A stretch of DNA of 64,000 nucleotides from Chloroflexota bacterium (lineage in GTDB: Bacteria; Chloroflexota; UBA11872; VXOZ01): positions 2,944,001 to 3,008,000 of the forward strand of contig OZ244922.1 in assembly GCA_965221905.1 (NCBI GenBank), written 5' to 3'. Every line of letters starts with the position of its first letter. The stretch's first letter is position 1. The position numbers and the translations under genes were made by a program. This document shows, piece after piece, positions 1 through 9,777 of this stretch. The notes under the pieces are model-generated. The model was not told where the DNA came from, searched no databases, and was given only the letters and a program-made list of their open reading frames with translations.

Positions 1-1013
1 GGTTGGAGGACTTCCAAAGAGTCTACGACAATATCCTGACGCCACGGACACCCAAAGAGGAACGACTCGAGAATAAGCACGTTTGGGATGCAACCAACCG
101 CCTGGAGAGTCGCGGCCATCGCCACCGGGCCGTACGGGTTATGGGGAGCCACGGGGATATCGTAGGTCTCGGCCCAGGCCGCAATCTTCTTGGCCTCCAA
201 GATGCCCCCGGTGTGGCTGATGTCCGGCTGGATTACGTCGAGGAGTTGCTGCTCGATGTACTCGCGAAACCCCCAACGGGTGAAGAATCGTTCGCCCGCC
301 GCGATTGGCATCCCAATTTTCGCCTGCGCCAGCTTGGCGTAAGCTGCGGGATTGTCCGGTCTGAGCGGTTCTTCGTAGAAGAAGGGCCGAAAGGGACGCA
401 AGGCCTCCGCCGCCGCAATCGCACTCGTTACATTTAGGCGACCGTGGACTTCCACGCATAGGTCGATATCGTCGCCTACTGCCTCTCGCACCGCCGCGAC
501 GCTGTCTGCCGCTTCTCTAATCTCCCGTTCGGAAGCCGTAATCCAGGAGGTGAATGGGTCCCACTTCAAGGCCGTGTAGCCCTGCGCCACCACCGCTTGG
601 GCGGCAGTAGCGAATTCGTCCGGTGTGCTCGCACCCTCGAACCAGCCATTCGCGTAGACGCGCACACGCTCGCGGCACGGCCCGCCCAGCAGCGCGTGCA
701 CCGGCAGTCCGGCGTCTTTGCCCTTGATATCCCAGCACGCCTGCTCCAAAGCACTGATGGCGGTGTTATACACGGGTCCCGTGCCGCCGTACTCACCCCG
801 GTGCAAGAGTTGCAGATTGGCTTCGATGTGCCGTGGGTCCTCGCCAATCAGCACCGCGCCAAGCTCTTCGATAGCGGCAGCCGCAGTGTGCTCTTTCCAT
901 GCCAGGGGTGCTTCACCCCACCCGTGGAGACCGCTATCCGTGGTGACTTTGACAAAGACCCAATTCCACCACTGGCCGTCCACTACAAAGGTTTGAATGT
1001 CCCTGATTCTCAT
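1..1013 (-). CDS. Mandelate racemase/enolase-superfamily sugar-acid dehydratase (galactonate/gluconate dehydratase-like), truncated by the window edge
   Basis: Not in the ORF track. Manual minus-strand translation from ATG at 1013 gives MRIRDIQTFVV..WNWVFVKVTTDSGLHGWGE..ISALEQACWDIKGK..GYTALKWDP..CVEVHGR..FYEEP..PIAAGER..QPD..APHNP, which are enolase-superfamily motifs. Confidence 0.88.
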   Translation of the reverse strand, partial: MRIRDIQTFVVDGQWWNWVFVKVTTDSGLHGWGEAPLAWKEHTAAAAIEELGAVLIGEDPRHIEANLQLLHRGEYGGTGPVYNTAISALEQACWDIKGKDAGLPVHALLGGPCRERVRVYANGWFEGASTPDEFATAAQAVVAQGYTALKWDPFTSWITASEREIREAADSVAAVREAVGDDIDLCVEVHGRLNVTSAIAAAEALRPFRPFFYEEPLRPDNPAAYAKLAQAKIGMPIAAGERFFTRWGFREYIEQQLLDVIQPDISHTGGILEAKKIAAWAETYDIPVAPHNPYGPVAMAATLQAVGCIPNVLILESFLFGCPWRQDIVVDSLEVLQ

Positions 1014-1017
1014 ATGT

Positions 1018-1776
1018 CTATGGCATTGGTGTCTTATGGAACGTGCGGATGAAATCCGCAAGGTTCTTGGTAATTACGTCCAAGATGGCCTTGCCTTTTT
1101 CTGCCGTAGCGAGCGTTGGGTCGCCGGCCACGCCCGTTGTCCCAGGGTCGAAGACCGGCCAAAAGTAGACAGGCCCTCCCGTGGGCAAGCGTGTGGGGGG
1201 GATTCGCAGGTCTTTGACTGCCGTGCTCATGTCCACCAGTTCCTGCCGGAGATAGAGGTATAGTGACGTCTCAATCTCACAGGCGTGGCCGACATTCTTG
1301 CGCTCCCCCTCGACCAGTTCCACAATTTCTGCCGCTGCCAGGTCCCAATAGGTCACCGCGCCCACTTCGATGCCTTCGGCGCCGAGCTTGAGAGTCGTCG
1401 CTTTCATTGTTTGGTCGTTGCCGCCGTGCCCGTTCAGCAGCAAGATGTGCCGGAATCCGTGCCGCCACATGCAGGTTACGATCTCGCGGATCACTTCAGA
1501 AAAGGTGTCGACCGAGAGCGTCAGCGTGCCGGTGAAGTGCATGTGATGCGGCGAAACGCCCGACCAAACCGGCGGCGCAACGAGCACGGGCACGTCCGGC
1601 GATAGCGCCTGTGCCGCGGCCAGGGCAACGGTCTGCGCCATGAAGATGTCGGTATTCACCGGAAGGTGAGGGCCGTGCTGCTCAATCGACCCTATCGGCA
1701 GTATCACGACCGCATCGTGGTCGCGCATCTCCGCAATCTCGTCCCGCCGCATCTGTTGCCACTCGTATTTTTCCAT
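1018..1776 (-). CDS. Creatininase (creatinine amidohydrolase) family protein
   Basis: GSIEQHGPHLP.NTD, LNGHGGN and GHACEIETS motifs; 4 bp gap to the downstream dehydratase. Confidence 0.9.
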   Translation of the reverse strand: MEKYEWQQMRRDEIAEMRDHDAVVILPIGSIEQHGPHLPVNTDIFMAQTVALAAAQALSPDVPVLVAPPVWSGVSPHHMHFTGTLTLSVDTFSEVIREIVTCMWRHGFRHILLLNGHGGNDQTMKATTLKLGAEGIEVGAVTYWDLAAAEIVELVEGERKNVGHACEIETSLYLYLRQELVDMSTAVKDLRIPPTRLPTGGPVYFWPVFDPGTTGVAGDPTLATAEKGKAILDVITKNLADFIRTFHKTPMP

Positions 1777-2063
1777 AGTCCCCTCCTCTTGCGTTTAAAC
1801 TTATCGCGGGTATAGTACGCAGCTACGCATTATCTTACCAACAGTTCTGCCTACAGAGCGCCCCCGACCGAACTAGGCAAAGTCACCTTTGCAACGGGTT
1901 GCGGGGGCAGTTGAAAGCCAAGCATACACCCCTGGCCCGCAATCCTCGATTCACAATCTGCCGAGAAAGCATGCCGCCCATGAGCATCGGCATACCGTGG
2001 CATTCCACAGGCCGCCCCTTTTTAGGGCAATGGCATGCCAAAACATTTTATGTGAAGTAGCAA

Positions 2064-2891
2064 TTATGCTTCGGGCTGTGCCGAAGCGGAATAAGGCTGA
2101 ATGAGGCGCGCGGTGCTGAGGGTATCCAGCACTGCATTACCGCAATACTCTACCGTCCTCGGATCGATCTTGCTGCAGATGCTCCCGTCAAAGTACATGC
2201 GGTCGACGAGGTCCGTGCTGTTGTAGCGAATACGCACAGTAACCGGCGCAGGCACAGCATATGGCGTAAGTTCCCGTGCCCGCTCCACGGCGCGGCGCGC
2301 TTTGGACTTGAGCAGTTCACGTGCCCGCTGGGGCGAGAGCAAACGCGCCGCGTGGCGTCCCAGCGCCTGCTTCACTTGCGCCGTCTCGATGTCGCCCAGC
2401 AAGTGCCGGGCCTCCCCACACGCCTTGTCGTCACCGGTGACCAGACCGACCGGCACCCCATGCGCACCGGCAATCGCAGCATCGATCATGATTTCTCCTG
2501 CCGGCGCGCCATTGATCCAAATGTCTTGGTACGAGGCTGAACTCATGGTATGGTCGCGCACGGCATTTGCCGTACCCGACATGGCATGGTAACCCACCAG
2601 CATCATGACATCGGAGTCCTCCAAGAAGGGGAACCGCTGCTGGTGGGCGCCGCCTGAGATGTATTCGGCGGCGGGATGCAACTCCTCGTAAATGAAGTTG
2701 AAGCCGGAACTATGGGCATCGATTACGAGCACGTCATCGGCGCCTCCGGCCAGTGCGCCGGCAATCACCGCGTTGGTGTCATTCACCAACATGCGGCGCG
2801 CTTCTTGGTAGAATAGCCGCCCATGCCCAAGTTGCTCCGTGATGACGACACCACTGATCCCTTCCATGTCCACGGCAATGTACGCCTTCAT
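2064..2891 (-). CDS. M55 family D-aminopeptidase (DppA-like)
   Basis: IAVDMEGISG, DAH, VGYHA, DHT and LVTGDD motifs. Confidence 0.9.
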   Translation of the reverse strand: MKAYIAVDMEGISGVVITEQLGHGRLFYQEARRMLVNDTNAVIAGALAGGADDVLVIDAHSSGFNFIYEELHPAAEYISGGAHQQRFPFLEDSDVMMLVGYHAMSGTANAVRDHTMSSASYQDIWINGAPAGEIMIDAAIAGAHGVPVGLVTGDDKACGEARHLLGDIETAQVKQALGRHAARLLSPQRARELLKSKARRAVERARELTPYAVPAPVTVRIRYNSTDLVDRMYFDGSICSKIDPRTVEYCGNAVLDTLSTARLIQPYSASAQPEA

Positions 2892-3385
2892 ATTCGCGCA
2901 TCCTTCTTGGGGAAGTACTGTTCAATCACATCAAACATGCTGCCGGCAGGGAGGCAAGCGGCGATTTGGAAAACCGTGTCAGAGCGTATCGTGCCGCTGC
3001 CCTCTTGGGCGCGGGGTCGGAGGGGCGATAGACCCAGGATAATTCTCAGATGCCGCAGGTTCCCTCCTACTGCGGCGGGCCCCGCTTGTCGGTCACGAGG
3101 CATAGCGACAATTGGTGCGCAGGATCCCTCCCAAGGCCGGTATAAGATAGGCTATTATAGGCATGCGCATCCTATTCCGTAAACGAACGTGTCGTTTGCT
3201 GACATGCCCTCGAAACTATGGTACTCTCACTTAGTACGCAATTTGCATAAGTCTCTCATATGGGATTCAGCTTAGGTAGAGATCATTCTCCTTAAGTATT
3301 CTCAGCGTACAATCTCGGCACCAACGACTTTCCTGCGGACAATTCTGGCGGTCACGCCCACGATGAAGAGGAGAAAGAACCCACC

Positions 3386-5248
3386 ATGCGAAGATTGATT
3401 CGATTACGTCACGTACCAGGGGCGCTCGCTCTTATGGTGATGCTTTTCGCTATGGCCGTGGCGCCAATCAACGCGCAAGAAGGCACCACTTTTTCGTCGG
3501 CGGTGGTCACGAACAATCACTACGATCCCACGCTCAGGCACAACATACCAAATCTCCAGATTGTGCGGAACGGCGTGACGAATAGCGTGAACTTCCTCGA
3601 CCACTACAACAATACCGGCGGTATAACACGGTGGGGATTTCCAACGTCTGAGGTAATCGAGGAGGAGACCGGCAACCTCGCACAGTATTACCAGCGGGGT
3701 GTCGTGGACTGGCACTGGCGTCCCGATCTTGGGCGTTACGAGATGGAGCGCCGCTTGGCTTGGGACTTCTTTGGCGGCGGAGCCGGCGGCAGCGTCGACC
3801 AGGGCGTCGAGCCCGGCCGCACGAACCCAAATCCGGGCACTACACTGGGACCCTGGGGACACAAGGTTTCCGATTTCTCTATCGAAGGGATTTTCATCGG
3901 GTTCAAAGGCTTCTACGATTCGCTCGGCGGCATTCAGGCGTTCGGCTTCCCCAAGACCGATGCTCGTATTGACACGAATTCACCCGGTACGTTGCATATA
4001 CAGACTGCTACACCCGGGTTTATCCGCCAATACTTTCAGGCAGCAGTGCTTGAATATCACCAGGGAGACCCGGATCCGGTCAAACTGCAATTGCTCGGAG
4101 ACACTCTCCGTGACTTGAACTACCCAAGCAATAGTTGGCAGACCTATGCGGCGTTCAATGCCTCGGTTGCACTAACCCCGGGGCAACTGTACACGATTTC
4201 GCGCGTTATTCGGGGGCATACGGCCAGCGGGCAACCGGTAACGCCCGCGCCGCAGCCCGCGCCACCGACTCCCGCACCGCAGCCGGCAGCCCCCACTCCC
4301 GTGCCGACCGGCCCCGCACCCACGCCAATTCCAGCTCCTGCTTCGACCACCACTAGCGTGTGGTTCGGCGCTTTCGGCGGGGGGGCTATACACTATGACG
4401 GATCTGTCTGGAGAACGTATCGCGGCTTCAGGAGCCCGCTTCCGAACGACCGCGTGAACGACATTTTCATTGCGAAAGACGGTTCAAAGTGGTTTGCCAC
4501 TGAGGATGGTTTTGCGCAATTGCGCGGCACCACGTGGTCCCAGTATGACACCGGTACCACCGGGTTTCCTGGAAACAACGTTACGGCGGTCCATGTTGTC
4601 GGCGATTTGGTTTGGATTGGCACTGCAGAAAACGGCGCCGGTATGTATGAGATTTCAAAGAACAAGTGGACGAGCTTCCACACCGAGAACTCTGATATTC
4701 CCAGCAACTCCATACGAGACGTGCTAATTATCAATGAGGATCTCAAACGTGTTTGGCTCGCAACAGCCGAAGGCGCCGCGCTGTACAACAATGGCCAATG
4801 GCAGATCTTCAAGACGCCTTCGCTTGCTTTTAACAAAGTCTTGAGTCTAGGCATTGACACTCATGGCAATGTTTGGGTAGGTCTGGATGGTGCCGGTCTC
4901 AGTGTGTTCAACGGCACAACGTGGACCGACTACCCAGTAGGTGACTCCGGCCTCACGAATAATACCGTGCGCAGTATCACTGTCGGACCGGATGGGCGCG
5001 TCTGGTTCGGTACGAGGGGCGGCGTAAGTATTTACGATAACGTTAGCAAGAAGTGGACTAACTACAATGAGTTCACTTCCGGCCTAGCACACAATGAGGT
5101 CTTCGACATTGCGATAGACTCGAGCGGCCGCGTTTGGATCGCAACGGCCGACGGCGCCTCTCTCCTGGAAGGCGGTGCTTGGAGAACCTTCCAAACGAAT
5201 CTGTCAGATATCACGTACGACGCTCTGCGCGCCGTAGCAGTGGAATAG
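3386..5248 (+). CDS. Secreted protein: Chloroflexi-type surface repeat domain, Pro-rich linker and Reg_prop-like beta-propeller
   Basis: Signal peptide (..APINA-QE); two GG...(W/F)GFP...QY(Y/F)Q repeats; PAPQPAP linker; repeated SG(L/F)PxNxV..I..D..G.VWxxT blades. Confidence 0.7.
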   Translation: MRRLIRLRHVPGALALMVMLFAMAVAPINAQEGTTFSSAVVTNNHYDPTLRHNIPNLQIVRNGVTNSVNFLDHYNNTGGITRWGFPTSEVIEEETGNLAQYYQRGVVDWHWRPDLGRYEMERRLAWDFFGGGAGGSVDQGVEPGRTNPNPGTTLGPWGHKVSDFSIEGIFIGFKGFYDSLGGIQAFGFPKTDARIDTNSPGTLHIQTATPGFIRQYFQAAVLEYHQGDPDPVKLQLLGDTLRDLNYPSNSWQTYAAFNASVALTPGQLYTISRVIRGHTASGQPVTPAPQPAPPTPAPQPAAPTPVPTGPAPTPIPAPASTTTSVWFGAFGGGAIHYDGSVWRTYRGFRSPLPNDRVNDIFIAKDGSKWFATEDGFAQLRGTTWSQYDTGTTGFPGNNVTAVHVVGDLVWIGTAENGAGMYEISKNKWTSFHTENSDIPSNSIRDVLIINEDLKRVWLATAEGAALYNNGQWQIFKTPSLAFNKVLSLGIDTHGNVWVGLDGAGLSVFNGTTWTDYPVGDSGLTNNTVRSITVGPDGRVWFGTRGGVSIYDNVSKKWTNYNEFTSGLAHNEVFDIAIDSSGRVWIATADGASLLEGGAWRTFQTNLSDITYDALRAVAVE

Positions 5249-5290
5249 CCTTGAGCTCAAGAGACACCGTATAGAGTCTCTAGTTAGGCA

Positions 5291-5342
5291 GCAATGAGTG
5301 ACCGCATCAGCGACATTGTGCGCGGGTGCGGTCACTCATTGC
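5291..5342 (+). terminator. Long stem-loop, probable terminator
   Basis: 16-bp perfect inverted repeat gcaatgagtgaccgca / tgcggtcactcattgc just after the stop codon. Confidence 0.55.
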
Positions 5343-5505
5343 CGGGCTAGACCTCACGTTTCATTATCGGAAATTACGGTTAGCTAAACGCCCGAACGGC
5401 CGAGCACGAGTCCAACAGCACCTCATTCGATATTTCATGAATGCAGTGCATCACGCCGCAGCAGCCGGCATTTCACGCAGCGCCAAGCCCAGCGAGCAGT
5501 AGATC

Positions 5506-6174
5506 ATGCGAGACCCAATTCGACATCTTAAAGCGCTGGCATTTGCGGTGACAGTGTTCCTGATCACCTCATTCGCTTTGGCACAAGTCAATCCGCAGCT
5601 TTTTCCTTTTATGCCCTATGTCTGGCCGTACGTAACCGGCGGATCCTTGACGTACGCCGGCACCGACCTCGAAATTGCCCCGGCGCACCCATTTGCCCTC
5701 CAAGACCAACGCGGAGCAACAGTCTCACTTGCAGACCATCAAGGGAACGTGGTGCTTCTCACTTTCCTCGATCCGTCGTGCACTGACGACTGTCTTCTCA
5801 TGGCGCAGGAGATTGCCACCGCGCTAGAGCGCTTAGAGGCAGACGCACATGAAGTAGTTGTGCTGGCCGTAAACGTTAATCCGGACGAGCAAACCCCCGC
5901 AGCCATGCTGGACTTCCTGAAAACCCAGGGACTTGACCAAGACCCAGCCTGGCACTTTCTCGGAGGTGAATGGGAAGCGGTGGCAGAAGTCGTCGCCGCG
6001 TACTACGTGTCGGCGGGCGAGCCGAAACCAGGTAAAACGGGCGAGGTAGCGCATCAAGACGTGGTGTTTCTCATCGATCGGCAAGGCAACCTGCGCGTGC
6101 TCATCACCTACCCGACTCCGGTAGGCGCCTCGTTGCAAGACGTAATCGTGGAGCGCGTGCGGCAGCTACTGTAG
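5506..6174 (+). CDS. SCO1/SenC family copper chaperone
   Basis: N-terminal TM, F.L.DQ.G, CxxxC (CTDDC), distal His (VAHQD) and FLID..G.LR. Confidence 0.85.
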   Translation: MRDPIRHLKALAFAVTVFLITSFALAQVNPQLFPFMPYVWPYVTGGSLTYAGTDLEIAPAHPFALQDQRGATVSLADHQGNVVLLTFLDPSCTDDCLLMAQEIATALERLEADAHEVVVLAVNVNPDEQTPAAMLDFLKTQGLDQDPAWHFLGGEWEAVAEVVAAYYVSAGEPKPGKTGEVAHQDVVFLIDRQGNLRVLITYPTPVGASLQDVIVERVRQLL

Positions 6175-7146
6175 TTTTTCCACGTGCTCGACAACATACT
6201 GCGGCTGCGGCTCGACCTCCTTGCCGCAGGAACTGGGAAACTGAAGCGCGTCTTCCGGCGCTTCGCGCACGATGACCCGATACGTACCGCCACGCGCAGA
6301 ATCAGGCGACGTGTAAGAAAGCTGCACGGCGACCGCGCCATTCTCGGCGCCGCCGTCGCTGACCTCACACGTCACTGGATACGTTGTCCACTCCCAATCC
6401 TCAGCGAGCAATACCGCATGCTCGGCAGCCTGCTCCAATGGCGAGAGCCTGCCCCAGCCACGATACTGCCGTTCTAGCGCGGAAAACGACCCTTCGCGTC
6501 CGATGATATTGGGCAAGGCATCCGTTGTAACGTAGGCATAGTAGCGGCCCTCTGGGAAGTCGAGCAGTGTCGGCGCCATGCGGTGACCGCCAAGGTGACT
6601 GCACCGCCAGACACGCAGTGATTCCGGGCGGGCGCGGGCGTAGACTTCACGGAGTTCCCGGTAGATTTCAAAGCCGAAGGTGGCGCAGCAGCGGTCCCGG
6701 CTGCCGTGATTGCACACGAGCAACTCGCGTACTTGGTTGCTTGGCTGCCTGTATGACGCAAAAACCTGCATGTCATTCGGGGTATAGAGCAGCGCCTGCA
6801 CAAGCGCCGCCAGTTGCTCCGGTGGTACGAGATACTCCTGCTTCTCGTAAACCGGGGACTGCCGGTCTGCGTACGTGTAGGAGAAGACACGGGTGAGTCC
6901 CGGCTGCGAATGCTCTGCATCGGGCATAATGCCCGTAATCCGCGGCTCAATGCCTTCATCTGCGGCGCGAGCGAGCACTTTCGCCACCTCAGCAGGAAAA
7001 GTAGCGGAGTCCGTTACTTCTCGCTCCCATGGCAACGCGCATTCCAATACCAAATGTGCCAGGTACGTCGGCGCCGAACCGATCGGATGAAATCCTGCCG
7101 CCCGCGCCACACGCGAGCAAAACGGCATGCCTGTAGTACTTTTCAC
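6166..7146 (-). CDS. Sucrase/ferredoxin-like (thioredoxin-like [2Fe-2S]) protein
   Basis: VCNHGSRDRCC and WRCSHLGGHRMAPT motifs, plus YRGWG. Confidence 0.85.
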   Translation of the reverse strand: MKSTTGMPFCSRVARAAGFHPIGSAPTYLAHLVLECALPWEREVTDSATFPAEVAKVLARAADEGIEPRITGIMPDAEHSQPGLTRVFSYTYADRQSPVYEKQEYLVPPEQLAALVQALLYTPNDMQVFASYRQPSNQVRELLVCNHGSRDRCCATFGFEIYRELREVYARARPESLRVWRCSHLGGHRMAPTLLDFPEGRYYAYVTTDALPNIIGREGSFSALERQYRGWGRLSPLEQAAEHAVLLAEDWEWTTYPVTCEVSDGGAENGAVAVQLSYTSPDSARGGTYRVIVREAPEDALQFPSSCGKEVEPQPQYVVEHVEKLQ

Positions 7147-7415
7147 CGTGGATTCCTTCTGTGCTAGAAGTGTCTCGGACGATTAGCCCTATGAGCGGAA
7201 ACGTATACCCTTGTTCTTTCTGCTCTGACTGCTCTCTTTTTCATTACCAATTTTCATAGTTTAGAATGCCGCCGGTTCTGCTAAAAACATCCCAAATGAG
7301 CGTCATCCTCTTCACGCTGAGATTGTCGCCTCGCAGACACATCCCAGCGGTTCACCATGCTACACTAGCAAGGAATTGGGCGTTGGGCAACGCCGTACAG
7401 GGGAATGCGCCGAGT

Positions 7416-7922
7416 GTGATCACGTTAGACCTTCTGCGCGTCGCACTGCGTTGGGTTCATCTGACCGCGGCGGTGACGTGGATCGGCGGCACGTTCTTCT
7501 ACCTCTTAGTGATACGTCCGTCAGTGGATACAGCGGAAAGAGCCGCTGGCTGGAAGAAGATTAGCCAAGAGGTGGAGGGTCGGTTCCATGAAATCGTACA
7601 GCTTTGTATCTGGACATTCTTCATCTCCGGCGCTATCCTCACGTACGACCGGCTGATGTCTGTGAATCCGGGCCTGGACTACATAGCTGCCCTAGTGATT
7701 AAGGTACTATTGGTACTGTGGATGGTGTACGTTTCCGGTGGACTGCGGCGGTCGGGCTATCGCAAGCCAATTGGTTCTCCGCACCGGAATGCGCCCGCCG
7801 CACCGGGCATTCAGCAGAGGCTGCGATCACCTGTTGTGCAGATTGCTATTGCCGGCAGCGTAGTGTTGTTGCTCGCCGACGTACTGAAGATTATTGCCGA
7901 GAACGCGCTGCGTACGCATTAG
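7416..7922 (+). CDS. CopD-like / DUF4149-like four-TM membrane protein
   Basis: RWVHLTAAVTWIGG motif and four hydrophobic segments; GTG start chosen by eye. Confidence 0.6.
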   Translation: MITLDLLRVALRWVHLTAAVTWIGGTFFYLLVIRPSVDTAERAAGWKKISQEVEGRFHEIVQLCIWTFFISGAILTYDRLMSVNPGLDYIAALVIKVLLVLWMVYVSGGLRRSGYRKPIGSPHRNAPAAPGIQQRLRSPVVQIAIAGSVVLLLADVLKIIAENALRTH

Positions 7923-7958
7923 GCATGCGCGGGCATTAGAAACTGGAAGATCGGCCTA

Positions 7959-8423
7959 ATGGCAAACGAAGTCGCGATGAGTCGCCAGGGCGGAAAAAGC
8001 CGTCCCGTGTTCGATATCAAGATCATCGTGGGCGGCATCATCATCCTCTTGGCGGTAGCCTACTTGATCGTGGCTGCCTTGCCCTCGGGTACCGCGTACT
8101 ACATTACGGTGAGCGAGTTGGCGGAGATGGGCCCGCAGGCGCAAACCCAGCATACGCGGGTCTCCGGCAACGTGGTGCCCGGTACAATCGTGCGCAGCGC
8201 TGAAATCCAGGACGTGCGCTTCCAGGTTGAGGATGAAAGCGGAAAGCTCACTGTCGTCTTCAGCGGGGTCTTGTCTGACATCTTTGGCGACAGCGTGCAG
8301 GTTGTCGTCGAAGGCAAGCAGGGCCCGGATGGCGTCTATTACGCTGATAAGGTCTTTGCAAAGTGCCCGTCGCGCTTCGAGGAAGTTGCGCCAACCGACA
8401 GTAACTACGCCCAACCCGGTTAA
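7959..8423 (+). CDS. ccmE: Cytochrome c maturation heme chaperone CcmE, Cys-type
   Basis: N-terminal TM, YYITVSE, RVSG.V.PGTI, VVVEG and AKCPSRF (Cys at the heme-binding His position). Confidence 0.9.
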   Translation: MANEVAMSRQGGKSRPVFDIKIIVGGIIILLAVAYLIVAALPSGTAYYITVSELAEMGPQAQTQHTRVSGNVVPGTIVRSAEIQDVRFQVEDESGKLTVVFSGVLSDIFGDSVQVVVEGKQGPDGVYYADKVFAKCPSRFEEVAPTDSNYAQPG

Positions 8424-8485
8424 TGGCAGGATTTGCATGCTCGCTTGCTCGCCGGAGTGCCGGTCAAAAGCAGAAGACGATTTGA

Positions 8486-8521
8486 CCGCTCATCCTCACT
8501 GGTGGGATGGGCGGTATCTTT
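8486..8521 (+). terminator. Putative terminator after ccmE
   Basis: accgctcatcc...ggatgggcggt stem (one G-U pair) followed by atcttt. Confidence 0.45.
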
Positions 8522-8677
8522 GTTCCTCGGCGGTCGTGGGGCGGCCAAATCGACGCGCACACAACGTGACTGCGCTGACGAAAGTGTTCGAAGCTGCAAC
8601 TAGGTAGTGGCTGTGCAAGTGCGTTGCCGATGCGCTGAACTCACCGCAGGATTACGAGAGGATTGGGCAAGAGGCTG

Positions 8678-8998
8678 ATGATTATTGCGACAACGGAGCA
8701 AGTCCCGGGCAAGCGAGTGATTGCAGTGAAGGGCCTGGTGCAAGGCAACACAATCCGTTCACGGCACGTGGGACGCGACATCATGGCGGCGTTCCGAAAC
8801 ATTGTCGGCGGCGAGATCGCCGAGTACACGCAGCTCATGACGGAGTCTCGCAGACAGGCTGCTGATCGAATGGTTGCCGAGGCAGAAGGTTTGGGAGCGA
8901 ATGCGGTTATTGGCGTCCGTTTTGTGACATCCATGGTGATGTCAGGCGCTTCGGAGTTATTGGCGTACGGCACGGCGGTTGTCGTCGAAGATGAGTAG
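8678..8998 (+). CDS. YbjQ/UPF0145 family putative heavy-metal-binding protein
   Basis: GGEI.EYT, A..LGANAVIGVRF and ELLAYGTAV motifs; GAGG RBS before ATG 8678. Confidence 0.9.
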   Translation: MIIATTEQVPGKRVIAVKGLVQGNTIRSRHVGRDIMAAFRNIVGGEIAEYTQLMTESRRQAADRMVAEAEGLGANAVIGVRFVTSMVMSGASELLAYGTAVVVEDE

Positions 8999-9490
8999 CA
9001 AGACAATTTGTTCGATACGGCAAGTATCAGGGAGTTCTATCAGTCGCGCGATGCACACTTTCCTTGGTCGCGCTGAAGTCGCTTTAGGCAGCACAAATAG
9101 CGGGTTAGCTCGCGCCTCAGCATAGAGATTAGAAAGCGGCTAGGGAATCAACCGGGCGGAGTCACGCGGAGGATCGAAGTTTCTCGGTTGCGAAGGCGTT
9201 GCATGGGGCTAGCGTGTGGTTGCAGACCGGTTGGCTAGGGGCATCACGCATCAAGCAGGCTCCCCAACCGGTCTTTCTGAGGACGGCGGCGGCGAAGAAT
9301 CTCATGAGTGCCAATTATAGAATCCTCGTTTAGCTTGGAAGTGTACGTGTCAGGTAAATCGCTGACAGAATGGGAGCATGAAACGGCAGGAAGTAAGGGC
9401 TACCAGTCTGCTGCCTCACCCAATAGGTAATTCTGTCACGATCAGTGACAGGGCATGCATCAAAGACGAACAGGGTAGGCGGCCGGAAGA

Positions 9491-9586
9491 CCGTCACTCC
9501 GGCCCAAAGCCTGCCCCATTCTTAATGCGGGTCGGGAGCCTAAGGGGTGCAGTGAAGATGGATTCCCGCTTTCGTCGGAATGACGG
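9491..9586. repeat. CGTC-type REP-like palindromic element (degenerate pair)
   Basis: ccgtcactccggc ... atggattcccgctttcgtcggaatgacgg; same family as the copies at 13838, 53797, 55388 and 61410. Confidence 0.65.
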
Positions 9587-9777
9587 AGTTGACCGTCTTC
9601 AACTTTCCAAGGTATTAACCGGATTGGCGACTCTGTCAACGAATCAGTCGACACTTGCACGAATGACCGGAGCTAAAGCGCAGCAAGAAAGGCAATTCCA
9701 AATTTTCACATTCAGTCTCGCTTTCTCGTGCGGAACTTGGGACAGATGTTTTTCTCGCGCAAAGTAAATACACCTCT

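Noticed and set aside
3-1052. + strand ORFs 3-437 and 597-1052
   Set aside because: Antisense shadows of the minus-strand enolase-superfamily gene.
1018-1776. Mycofactocin peptidase MftE
   Set aside because: Creatininase fold only; no mftABC-like genes nearby.
9378-9767. 129-aa ORF upstream of ccmF
   Set aside because: It runs through a REP-like element (MDSRFRRND is the repeat translation) and has no recognisable domain.
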